From contig NW_021832625.1 in assembly GCF_006345805.1 (NCBI RefSeq), positions 1 to 29,990 on the forward strand: a stretch of 29,990 nucleotides of DNA, given 5' to 3'. This document shows, piece after piece, positions 1 through 9,968 of this stretch (its first letter is position 1; every line of letters starts with the position of its first letter). The stretch comes from Octopus sinensis (taxonomy: Eukaryota). The notes below the pieces were generated by a model. It did no database searches. It saw only the letters and a list, made by a program, of their open reading frames with translations, and was not told the DNA's origin. Both the position numbers and the translations under genes were made by a program.

Positions 1-44
1 CGTGTACATAAGTATGTAACGCATGTCTGTAAATTCTCTCAGTG

Positions 45-81
<37 letters not shown>

Positions 82-1351
82 ATATATATACGTATGTATG
101 TTTCCATGTTTAGTGCGTGTTTGTGTATTTATAACACTAATATTATGCCTATGTAGTGTTAATGCAACAACATACCGTATTATTCTCTGTATAGAATATA
201 TATATATATATATATATATACACTCTCTCTCTCACACACAACACACTCACTTACTCATACACACATTTGAATTTATGAAAAGTGACGTGTGTTGACTTGT
301 GGTTTACAAAGGAGAATATAATATTCATGTTTATGTGTGTGAATATAGATAACACACATAAACATACATGTATATTTATGTGTGTGTATGTGTGTACACA
401 TATATACACGTGTGTATTTATACGTGTGTAGATGGTGATTTGTGTATGAAGGATCGTGTGCTCCGACCGTGGAATGGCAATGTCGCAATGAGACATCCAC
501 CCGACAGCTTGTTTGTGAAGTCGGGTGGCACAGAAATAATTAGATTGCTCTGTCTTACTAATATCTTCGCTGCTATTCTTCCTACCCACCCACCCTCCAT
601 ACATATACCTACTTACATTTCCACCCACCTACACATCTATCTACCCACCCCCATATATATATATATATATATATCGTTACATACATATGTACATATGTAC
701 TTTCTACCTGCCTACTTACCTACCCACACACACGTACAAAAATCCATCCATTTTGTGCTGCTACAGGATTTCTACCCTTGGGTACCTGAAATATTTTTCA
801 CCCAGCACATCCATCCCTTTTATACCATAAGTCTGGCATAGAAGTTGATGTTGCTTTCAGCTCCATTCAAGTGTTTCGCCCCTGTTTGGTAAGCATTGTC
901 GTGGTACCCTCTCCATCTCGGGTTGCCTTTGGCTGTCAAGGAACCCACCCGACCCACATTTAATCCTCATTTAAATAAAAAAAAAATCTAACTGGCTGCC
1001 CACCCACCTTTCTCTGGACAGTGGGGACGAGTTTAGTTACCCACCACTGGACCATGAACAACTAGTACGTAACCATGGGGTTACCAGTAGCAAATGTCCA
1101 TCGGCCTGGCTAGGCATTCACACACACACACACACACACACATGCCTACCTACTTTCACCCCTACATCATGGTATTCCTACATACCCCCTCACCTACCAA
1201 TCTACCAAATCTACCCACATATCCACCTAACTACTACCTCTCTACATATTTACTCACCTACTTACCAAATTACCTACATACCTACCTGGCTAAATGCCTG
1301 CCTATCTACCCGTTACACCCTAGGTGGTGATCTCTCTGTCTTGTTGGGTAT

Positions 1352-1406
1352 GGACTATTGCGGGTGGAAGCGGACTATTGCGGGTGGAAGCGGACTATTG
1401 CGGGTG
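1352..1406. repeat. 20-bp tandem minisatellite (GGACTATTGCGGGTGGAAGC) x2.7
   Basis: Units at 1352-1371 and 1372-1391, partial unit at 1392-1406, read directly. Confidence 0.9.
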
Positions 1407-2500
1407 CTTGTGGACTTTTACTCCACATGTTCGTGTATATTACATATGTGTGTGTGTGTGTGTGTGTGTACATCCGTGTATCACTCTCTCTCTCTTGCCC
1501 TCTCTGTCTATCTCTCCCTCTCTCTGTATATATATATGCATGTGTGTATGTATGTATATATGTGTGTATGTATATATGTATGCGTCTGTGTGTGTGTGTG
1601 TATAATTCTAGAGCGAGAGAACGGAGAGAGTGAATCTGTGTCAGGTATATATATCACTCTCTCTATCTACACACACACATAAACAGACATATAATTATAG
1701 TATATATGAGAATGTGTCACATTTGTGTGTGTGTGTGTAGAAGAATGAATATTTTGAGATCTTAATGATATTGTTTTCTCTTTTTTTTTCAGTGTGTGTG
1801 TATGTACGTGTGTGTGTGTGTGTGTGTGTGTGTATGTACGTGTGTGTGTGTGTGTGTGTACGTGATAAATTTTCTTACGCGTACGTGACACAGATTCCGC
1901 TTTACATATAGTGACATATATAGAATCGCGTGTGTGTGTGTGTATATGTGTGTAATACAGTTTCCTTTACGACTGCTACAGATCGCATAACGCTGGAGGT
2001 CAGATGCCGGTGACCCAGTCGGAGAATGCGACCCGGTTTCAAATCGAGTTTGTTGTTTATTTACTTTCACTTCTATTTTTAATGTCATGGCGAAGTGATC
2101 CTCTATTTACCCTTAACGCCAGCTATCTATCGACGACTCCCTTACCTGCTCCCTCGTCAAAGTTCAAAGAACCCTTATTCCGTGTACCAGTGCGTGGGAT
2201 TGCTTTTGAGTACCTACCTAAATATTTTATATATTTATGTGTGTGAATGAGGTGAATTCAATATAAGTAGCCGAACGAGGACAACATTGATATGCGCAGA
2301 GCTTGATCAACCTAACACGAGATGTGTATGTGAGTGTGCGTGTGCGTGTGTGTGTGTGTGTGCGTGAGAGAGAGAGAGAGAGAGAGTATTGTATCTATTT
2401 GAGTGTGTCTATGTCTGTTGGATTTCTCTGGTGTGTTTACATTCAAGTGCTGTATTTAGTATATACCCCTCTTGCGTTGAATACATACAATATATGCATA

Positions 2501-2553
2501 GGCAGATAAGCTTGATAAGTGGCATTCACGAAACTCTAGGTCACCAGTCTGGC
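2501..2553 (+). ncRNA. Hammerhead-like motif, U3-A8 core, degenerate stem I
   Basis: TTGATAA (2512-2518), stem II GTG/CAC with loop GCATT, GAAA (2530-2533), near-palindromic ACTCTAGGT, then GTC. Proximal stem I pairs poorly. Confidence 0.4.
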
Positions 2554-2679
2554 ACTTTGCAATGATAATTTAAATTAAAATGTAACTTCTGTTACCAAAC
2601 TGTGCAAAATAATATATAAATAATATACATATAAAATGATATATATGCAACTAATTCATAATATACCATTATAGTATAT

Positions 2680-2683
2680 TCTG

Positions 2684-2721
<38 letters not shown>

Positions 2722-2756
2722 TATATCTATGCATAAATATATAATAATATATTATC

Positions 2757-2794
<38 letters not shown>

Positions 2795-2869
2795 ATATAG
2801 TTATATATATTATATCTATATATATATATATATATATATATACTATATATATATATTATATTATATATA

Positions 2870-2915
<46 letters not shown>

Positions 2916-2933
2916 ATATATATATATATTTAT

Positions 2934-3000
<67 letters not shown>

Positions 3001-3060
3001 CAATATTTAATATATATATCTATTATATATCTATATATATATATATTATATATTATTTAT
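2680..3060. repeat. Long interrupted (TA)n microsatellite block
   Basis: Almost pure AT dinucleotide tract. Confidence 0.95.
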
Positions 3061-3224
3061 ATGTTATAGTGTAATTCATGTGAAAACCTTGTAATGCGCA
3101 TACAAGAGCTCTTGTGGCGTTATTTGCCTCCTGCATATCCTACAATGAGGTCTAGGTCAGGGCTAAACACACATGTGAAACTCCTCCTTACATAAGATTA
3201 ATACAAGGGTAACATGACAGAAGT

Positions 3225-3551
3225 GATGGTGCATGGCTTAATGGTTTGGGTATTCGGCTCACAAAACCTAAGATCCCGAGTTCAATTCCCCGCATCTCTT
3301 CGCGTCCTTGAGCAAGACACTTTATCTCAACATTGCTCCAGTACACTCAGCTGGCAAAAATAAGTAATACCTGTATTTCAAAGGCGCCAGTTTTGTCACA
3401 CTCTATGTCACGGTGAATCTCCTGAGAGAACTTTATTAAGGGTAGATATGTCTGTGGAGTACTCAGCCACTTGCGCATTAATTTCATGAGCAGGCTTGAT
3501 CGGATCAACTATAACCCTCGTCGTCATAAGTGACCGAGTGCCAGTAGTAGT
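3225..3551 (+). mobile_element. tRNA-derived SINE with a CORE/Meta-like central domain
   Basis: A-box-like TGGCTTAATGG, B-box GAGTTCAATTCC, central GTCCTTGAGCAAGACACTTT motif, (GTA)n tail. Confidence 0.7.
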
Positions 3552-3727
3552 AATATGACACAAGCATTCGACTATATATTAATTATAAAGAATGGTTTTT
3601 GAATATAAAAACCACCAGCATAAAGCTGGTAATGAGTGCAAAAACAAATGTTCTAATCTACTATTAAAGCCTGTTATCCTCCATCCTAGTGTTATATTAT
3701 CCTTGTATGTATATATATATATATAAT

Positions 3728-4170
3728 ATACAAATAAATGAAAGAATGGAGTTGAACAACGAATTAACAAAATTCCTTTATTTTCGACATATGTTTCGAA
3801 GGCTGCATATTCCTAATTTCAAAGGAATAAGGGGTGCATTATGCCGCCTTCTCATCAGGAAAAGTAAGGAACTTATGTCAGCATCAAGATGCACAAAAAC
3901 TTTTAGATGAATGCCCACTGTGAAATTAGGAATATGCAGCCTTCGAAACATATGTCGAGATATAAAGGAATAAGGAATTTTGTTAAATCGTCGTTCAACT
4001 CCATTTCTTTCATTTATTTGTATTTAAAAAAAAACACAAATTTCCACAACGAAAGCACGTGATCTCTGCCTTGGCATGTAGCTTCAACCGTGTTTCTCTG
4101 ACGTGAATTTGTACCCAGGTATCGGTTAACTGAATTATCCATAATAAGATAATTCATTCAAACTACTCAA
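3728..4170. mobile_element. Non-autonomous Penelope-like repeat (family P1) with head-to-head partial inverted arms
   Basis: Arm 3728-3821 is inverted at 3921-4023. Homologous to 21442-21860. Flanked by (TA)n and carries a hammerhead. Confidence 0.7.
3775..3869 (-). ncRNA. Type I hammerhead ribozyme, canonical core, extended stem II
   Basis: Minus strand: stem I TTTTC/GAAAA, CTGATGA (3858-3852), stem II GAAGGC/GCCTTC, GAAA (3797-3794), palindromic stem III ACATATGT, predicted GUC cleavage between 3786 and 3785. Confidence 0.85.
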
Positions 4171-4171
4171 T

Positions 4172-4250
<79 letters not shown>

Positions 4251-4256
4251 TATACA

Positions 4257-4441
4257 CCGGAGTAAGCACATAAATGTGAAACAAGGTGGAAAAAAGAGTA
4301 CTCAAATACCTGAGGTAGAGTAATATGCTTTATTTAAAAGCAGCAGAAATGTAACAAAAGCTGTTACTCGGAGTTTCACGTTCCCATTCATCAGACAGTT
4401 TTGTTAAACAAAACTGTCCAACGAACTGCTTTTAAATAAAG
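4257..4441 (-). mobile_element. Non-autonomous Penelope-like repeat (family P2) with a short inverted, deleted second arm
   Basis: Homologous to 7090-7265 in the opposite orientation. 4407-4441 is an inverted, internally deleted copy. (TA)n on both sides. Confidence 0.7.
4352..4406 (-). ncRNA. Minimal type I hammerhead ribozyme, canonical core
   Basis: Minus strand: TAACAAAA-CTGT CTGATGA ATG-GGAA-CGT GAAA CTCCGAG TA ACAG-C-TTTTGTTA. Stem I is 4+8 bp with a 1-nt bulge. Predicted GUA cleavage between 4365 and 4364. Confidence 0.85.
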
Positions 4442-4481
4442 TATATATATATATATATATAGATATAGATGTATATATATA

Positions 4482-5305
4482 CAGGGTGCAGTGAATGTAT
4501 TGTCATCTAAATTATGCAATAATGAAAATAACACCGACATCTCATCATAACAGATATATTTACCAAAATTACATAAAGATATCTTGAAATATTGAAGAGT
4601 AAATTTATTCAATAAAATCTCCATTGGCTTCAACCATGATCTCCAGATGACTTCGGAATCTCCTGCAACTCTTCTGGATGGTCTCCTTGTTTAAGTTGGT
4701 GAATGCTGCCATAATCTTTGGTGTCACAAGGAGTTTTGTTGGTCTCTCACTCAACTGCACCCTACACATAATAATCAAGGGGGTTGCAGTCTGGGGAGTT
4801 AGGTGGCCAGTTGTTAGGGGTAATATGGTCACAGATATTGTCTGACGGTCATGTCAGAGTTTTCCTGCTTGTGTGGCATGATGCAGTCCTTTTGACCCCG
4901 GGCAGCACTACCTCCTCTGGGCACTTGATGTAAGCCTCCGTGTTGTGTTTGAGGCCGCGTGAGAAGATGAATGGAGGCATAACGTTACCATCACTAGTGA
5001 TCACTCCAAACACCATGATGTTGACTGGATGTTTGATTTTTATCACTCTCGGTACATGTTCTGGGGACATGGCAAGCCAACGTTTATTCTGTGTGTTCAC
5101 CATCTATTTGTATTAGAACTTCCGGTGCAAATGCCAAGCAGTACATTTCGAAATTTCTGGCAGAGTGAATTATGTCATAGTGCTGTTTTTCTCACAGATG
5201 GTGCCCAACTGACCCTACCATACTGCATAGTTGACAAAATCCAAAAAAAAGTGCCTGCACTAAAAGTAAAAATATAAAATGGTGACAATTATCCATTGCA
5301 CCCTG
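4482..5305 (-). mobile_element. Internally deleted maT (DD37D-type, Tc1/mariner superfamily) DNA transposon
   Basis: Imperfect TIRs CAGGGTGCA.TG.AT..TTGTCA at both ends. Fragments read KHPVNIMVFGVITSDG, WPPNSPDCNPLDYYV and C-terminal RFRSHLEIMVEANGDFIE, with stops and deletions. Confidence 0.88.
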
Positions 5306-5316
5306 CATATTTATAT

Positions 5317-5517
5317 ATGAAGGGCTGCTGAAAAGTATCTGGCTTTAAGGGTATCACGAAGGGCCTTTTTGGAGGCCCAACCTTCTGAGTTCTTTTATAG
5401 GGCTTAGAAAAAAGTGTGTGAATCTGGGAGAGGAGTATTTTGTATAAAATAATAATTGACTGATCCTCCTGTATTTTCTTTTACCTGAAGCCAAAAACTT
5501 TACAGCATCACCTCATA
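5317..5517. mobile_element. ~200-bp mariner-type MITE
   Basis: Imperfect ~30-bp TIRs (TATGAAGGGCTGCTGAAAAGTATCTGGCTT vs the reverse complement of GAAGCCAAAAACTTTACAGCATCACCTCATA) with TA ends. Confidence 0.65.
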
Positions 5518-5612
5518 TATATATATATATATAAAAATATTATTATTACAAATTTGGGATTTTACCAATAGGACCACAACTTCAGGACAACCTTATTTAC
5601 TGGATTATATAT

Positions 5613-6881
5613 AAATCCAAAAGTAACTGAAAGTGCCGTCTGTTGGACAAGCCCATTGTAGTTCAGGCTTCCACCACTAGAAGACACTTGATGCAACCCT
5701 CAGGCATCAATCTGCTGACCGACGTCATTGAGTGCAGTCTTACTGCCATGTGGTGCATCTTTGTTTTGCTGTGCTTTTCATCTGTTCATTAATTTTTGCA
5801 ATGGATGAAAAGAAGGAATAGTGTACTTCTGAGGAATTCTGTTTTCTGCTGAGGAAAACAGCAGCTAGATGCTTCCATGAGCAAAATACAGTTTATGAGT
5901 GATTTTCATGCTTTAGGAATGGTCACTTGTTGCCTGAAGACCAACCTCATTCAGGGTGACCGTTGACCCCTCAAATGAATGAAAACATCACAAAATTTTA
6001 TGAAGCGATCATGGAGGACTGTCACTGAACAATTGATGGACTTGTTGATATGACTGGGGTGTCCTGGAGCTTCTGCCAACGAATTTTGAGAGAGGGATTG
6101 TGAATGAAAAGAGTTGCAGTAAAATTTGTGTCTTGTGTGCTTATGAAAGATGAAAAGCAGTTGCAACTAAATGTAAACTGAAAGAACTGTTGGAAGTTGA
6201 TCTGGACCTTTTTTCTGGACCTTGGTGATGAAAGTTGGTGCTACAGCTATGACCCAGAAATGAAGCAGCATTCAAGTCAGTGGAAGCATTCAATGTCACC
6301 ACGCCCCCAAAAAGCACATCAAATGAAGTTTGATGTGAAGACACTGCAGATTTGTTTCATTGATGTGAGAAGGATTGCCCACACAGAATTTGTTCCCCCC
6401 TGGGTCAACCGGTTAACCAGACATTTTACTTGGCAGTTCTGAAACATTTGCGAGGGACGATGAAATGAAAATGTCCCAACTGTGGCAAAGTGGAAAGTGG
6501 TGGTTTCATCTTGACGATGCGCTTGCACACAACGCCTTGAGTGTGAGACAGTTTTTGACCAAAAATGGTATGACCCTGCTTACCCACCCTGATCTATTCA
6601 CCTGATCTTGCTCCCTGTAGCTTTTTACCCCTGAATGAAAAAAGTCCTTAAAGGAAAACGTTTTGCAGATGTGGAAGAGTTGAAGAAAAAAAAACGACCT
6701 TAGCATTAAAAGGCATCACTTCGCAAGAGTTCCAGGACTGCTTCGAACAGTGGAAAATGCATCCCGACCAATGCATTGCTTCGAATGGAGAATACTTTGA
6801 AGGTGATAAAAGTGTAAGCATGTAAAACTAAGTGAAGAAAATAATATTGCAAAATTCTGGTTTCTTTTGGGTCCCCCCTTG
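5613..6881 (+). mobile_element. Decayed mariner (DD34D-type) transposon, ~1.27 kb
   Basis: Right TIR TTCTTTTGGGTCCCCCCTTG followed by TA. Degenerate left TIR CCAAAAGTAAC at about 5617. Contains the transposase pseudogene. Confidence 0.88.
5801..6825 (+). pseudogene. Mariner transposase pseudogene
   Basis: MDEKKE start, GDESWCYSYDPE (first D), SVRQFLTKNGM, YSPDLAP in a shifted frame, C-terminal CIASNGEYFEGD. Multiple frameshifts and stops. Confidence 0.88.
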
Positions 6882-7089
6882 TATATCGTCAGTAAATCAT
6901 AATTCCAAAAGAGAAGCATGCTTTGAAGAGAGGTTATAGGCCACCAGCCATTAGGGTCTGAAGAGATGCTGTAATACTTAACACTTTATGGATGTAAACC
7001 CTGGGTAACCCCATAGACCAGCTAGAACTATCTTTATCTAATTATGTATATATATATGTATATGTATATGTATATATATATATTATATA

Positions 7090-7265
7090 TAGAATTGACA
7101 TATCGGTGCCATTCTAGCAAAAACTGCCTGATGAACGGCAACGGGAAACTCAGAGTAACAGGTTTTGTTGAATTTTCTGCTGCTTTTAATAAAGCATATT
7201 ACTCTACCACTGGTATTTGAGTACTCTTTTTTCCACCTTGTTTCACATTTATGTGTTTACTCCGG
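7090..7265 (+). mobile_element. Penelope-like repeat family P2, second copy, with decayed hammerhead at 7118-7169
   Basis: CTGATGA ACG-GCAA-CGG GAAA CTCAGAG TA ACAG. The stem I and stem II closing pairs are mismatched. Confidence 0.7.
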
Positions 7266-7282
7266 TATATATATATATATAT

Positions 7283-7584
7283 GAAAAAACAAGTCAAAAA
7301 TAGAAAATGCTAAGATAATTTTATAGTGAATCTTTCAGTACCGGTTTCGGTCATTTTGAGACCTTTTCACACAAGTGCAAACAAGGGAGTCAGAGAAAGG
7401 CAGAATGCTACTTATATCTGAACACTACTATAGAAATATTCTTTTAAAAAAACTTTTCTTCTAATTTTTCTAAATTTAATTATTTAATCGTTACAGTTGA
7501 AAAGGTCTCAAAATGACCGAAACCGGTACTGAAAGATTCACTATAAAATTATCTTAGCATTTTCTATTTTTGACTTGTTTTTTC
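7283..7584. repeat. Perfect 87-bp inverted repeat with a 128-bp spacer (Penelope-like family P3)
   Basis: 7283-7369 is the exact reverse complement of 7498-7584, checked base by base. It extends 8 bp further into (TA)n. Confidence 0.95.
7486..7538 (+). ncRNA. Type I hammerhead-like ribozyme with U3-A8 covariant core
   Basis: AATC-G-TT-A-CAG TTGAAAA GGTC-TCAAAAT-GACC GAAA CCGG TA CTG-A-AA-GATT. Stem III ACCGGT is palindromic. Predicted GUA cleavage after 7528. Confidence 0.7.
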
Positions 7585-7820
7585 ATATATATCAACTCGT
7601 GTGTTCCTTTCCACCCTTGTACATATATATATATATATATATATAGTAGGTACTGCAAATTTAGGGTGAATACTTGATAAGTGTAAGCACCTGTATACGC
7701 CAGCTAGTGGCAGAGGTGAGAGGGTATATATCTATTATACACTGATGTAAGAACAGGTTGTTTATAAAGCTTGAAACACATGTACCGTGATATCCTTTGT
7801 GTTCTGTTTTTGATTTTATT

Positions 7821-7860
<40 letters not shown>

Positions 7861-7861
7861 C

Positions 7862-8190
7862 ACAGGTGTGGTTGCGTGGTAAGAAGCTTGCTTCCCAACC
7901 ACATGATTCAGGGTTCAGTCCCAATGTGTGGCACCTTGAGCAAATGTCTTCTATGACGGCCTCAGGCCAACCGAAGCCTTGTGAGTGGATTTGATAGACG
8001 GAAACTAAAAGAAGCCTGTTGTATGTATTTATGTGCATGTGTCTGTGTTTGTCCCCTTGCCATTGCTTGACAACTGATGCTGGTCTGTTTATGTCCGAGT
8101 AACATAGTGGTTCTGCAAAAAAGACCAATAGAATAAGTACTAGGCTTACAAAGAATAAGTCTTGGGGTTGATTTCTTCAACTAAAACCCT
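7862..8190 (+). mobile_element. tRNA-derived SINE family A (3'-truncated)
   Basis: GGTTGCGTGGTAAGAAGCTTG head, GGGTTCAGTCCC B-box, GAAACTAAAAGAAGCC and internal (TG)n, as in the other family A copies. Confidence 0.85.
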
Positions 8191-8334
8191 TTAATGACTA
8201 AAAGATAAGACACCTGCATCTCAACTATGTGATCTGGAGATCAGTTCCACTGCATAACAACTTTGGTAAGTGTCTTCTCACTATAGTTGCAGGTTGACCA
8301 ATGCCTTGTGAATGGATTTGGTAGGTGGAAACTG

Positions 8335-8566
8335 GCGGCAAGCTGGCAGAAACATTAGCACGCCAGCCAAAATGCTTAGTGGTATTTCGTCTGCCGGTGC
8401 GTTCTGAGTTCAAATTCTGCCAAGGTCGACTTTGCCTTTCATCCTTTTGGGATCGATTAAATAAGTACCAGTTATGCACGGGGGTCAATATAATCGACTT
8501 AATCCGTTTTGTCTGTCCTTGTTTTTCCCCTCTGTGTGTAGCCCCTTGTGGGCAGTAAAGAATTCA
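8335..8566 (+). mobile_element. SINE family B nested in a family A copy
   Basis: GCGGCAAGCTGGCAGAA head and GAGTTCAAATTC B-box. Flanked by duplicated GAAACTG (8328-8334 and 8567-8573). Confidence 0.85.
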
Positions 8567-8788
8567 GAAACTGAAAGAAGCCCATTGTATATATATATAT
8601 ATGTGAGTGTGTGTGTGTGCGTGTGTGTACCCTTGTCTTGATATCTGTTAATGGTTGTAAACAAATATCGCTATCATACAACCTGTTTTGGTATAGGAAA
8701 ATATTGTTGTACATGGAAATAGGTGAGAGTTGGGGACAGGAAGAGCACCCATCTGTTGAAAATCTGTTGCTTGCATAGGAATGAGTTG

Positions 8789-9091
8789 TTGTTTGTTCCT
8801 TCTCAAGCCATGCCTGGCTCATAAGAGCTGGTTTCCCGGTTTCTTGGCGTATAGGTTCCTCACCTGGATGGGACGCCGGTCCATCGCAGGTGAGCTACAA
8901 GATACAGGAGGAAAGAGTGAGAGAAAGTTGTGGCAAAAGAGTCAGTAGACGTTTCGCCATTACCTTCTGCCAGAGCCGCGTGGAGCTTAGGTGTTTCGCT
9001 CATAAATACACACATCGTCCGGTCTGAGATTCGAACCTGCGATCTCTCGACCACGAGTCTGTCGCTCTAACCACTAGGCCAAGTGCCTCCA
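8789..9091 (-). mobile_element. tRNA-derived SINE (family D) with a 15-bp TSD
   Basis: TSD CATAGGAATGAGTTG at 8774-8788 and 9092-9106. A-box TGGCCTAGTGG, B-box GGTTCGAATCT, (AAC)-like tail. Confidence 0.9.
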
Positions 9092-9106
9092 CATAGGAAT
9101 GAGTTG

Positions 9107-9565
9107 AGTTCCATCAAGAGGTGCCAGTCTCTAATTGTGGAGGAGACATGTGGAAGGGGTAGACCCAGGAAGACATGGGACGAAGTGGTGAGAAAGGATC
9201 TACTGATGATGGGACTCGCAGAGGGGGAAGACAGGACCAAGACTGCTTGAAAAGACACATCAAGCTAAGTAAAACCGTTGCTGCTCTTGCATACAGGCTC
9301 ATCCCCTTCAATCCTCTCCAGCATCCCTAACCTTGTGGGCTCATAAGTGCTGGTGTCACATAAAAAGACACATGTGCTGGTCCTGCATAAAAAGCACCCA
9401 GTACACTCTGTAGAGTGGTTGGCATTAGAAAGAGCATTCAACCGTAAAAACCACGCCAAAACAGACATGGAGCCTGAACAGCCCTTCAGCTGGTCAGCCC
9501 CTATCAAAATGTCCAACCCATGCCAGCATGGAAAACGGTCGTTAAATGCTGATGATGCTGATGAT
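9107..9565 (+). mobile_element. 3' end of an RTE-type LINE (end of ORF plus 3' UTR with (GAT)n tail)
   Basis: Translates CQSLIVEETCGRGRPRKTWDEVVRKDL. The UTR ends CCAACCCATGCCAGCATGGAAAACGG..GTTAAATG(ATG)n, the tail shared by family C repeats. Confidence 0.75.
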
Positions 9566-9566
9566 A

Positions 9567-9968
9567 TCTTTTAATTTTTACTTGTTTCAGTCATTAGACT
9601 GTGGCCATGCTGGAGCACCACCTTGAAGAATTTTAAGTTGAATGTATTGACCATAGTATTTATTTTTTTAAAACCTGGTACATACTCTATCTGTCTCAGT
9701 TGTTGAACCACTAAGTTACAGGGATGTAAATACACAACACCAGATGTCAAGGTGTAGTGGAAGGGACAAACACAGACACAAAGACACACACACACATACA
9801 CACGTACACATATGACAGGCTTCTTTCAGTTTCTGTATACCAAATCCACTCACAAGGCTTTGGCTAGCCCAGGGCTATAATAGAAGACACTTGCTTCAAG
9901 TACCACACAGTGGGATTGAATCCCAAACTGTGTATTTGGGAGGCAGGCTTCTTACTACAAAGTCATAT
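9567..9968 (-). mobile_element. SINE family A (diverged)
   Basis: TTTTACTTGTTTCAGTCATT tail, internal (CA)n, degenerate head. Confidence 0.85.

Noticed and set aside
23-1891. ORFs of 60-157 aa rich in YI/HT/CV dipeptides
   Set aside because: They are translations of (TA)n, (CA)n and (TG)n microsatellites, with no domain-like content.
2025-2050. GAAACCGGGTC on the minus strand, resembling a hammerhead 3' half
   Set aside because: No CUGANGA-like core or stem II upstream.
6955-7022. GGTCTGAAGAG...AGACC, resembling a hammerhead 5' half
   Set aside because: No GAAA or stem II/III in the expected positions.
7862-7925. tRNA-like sequences at SINE heads (also 9030-9091, 18173-18240 and others)
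   Set aside because: They have A/B boxes but no complete cloverleaf and continue into SINE bodies, so they are not tRNA genes.
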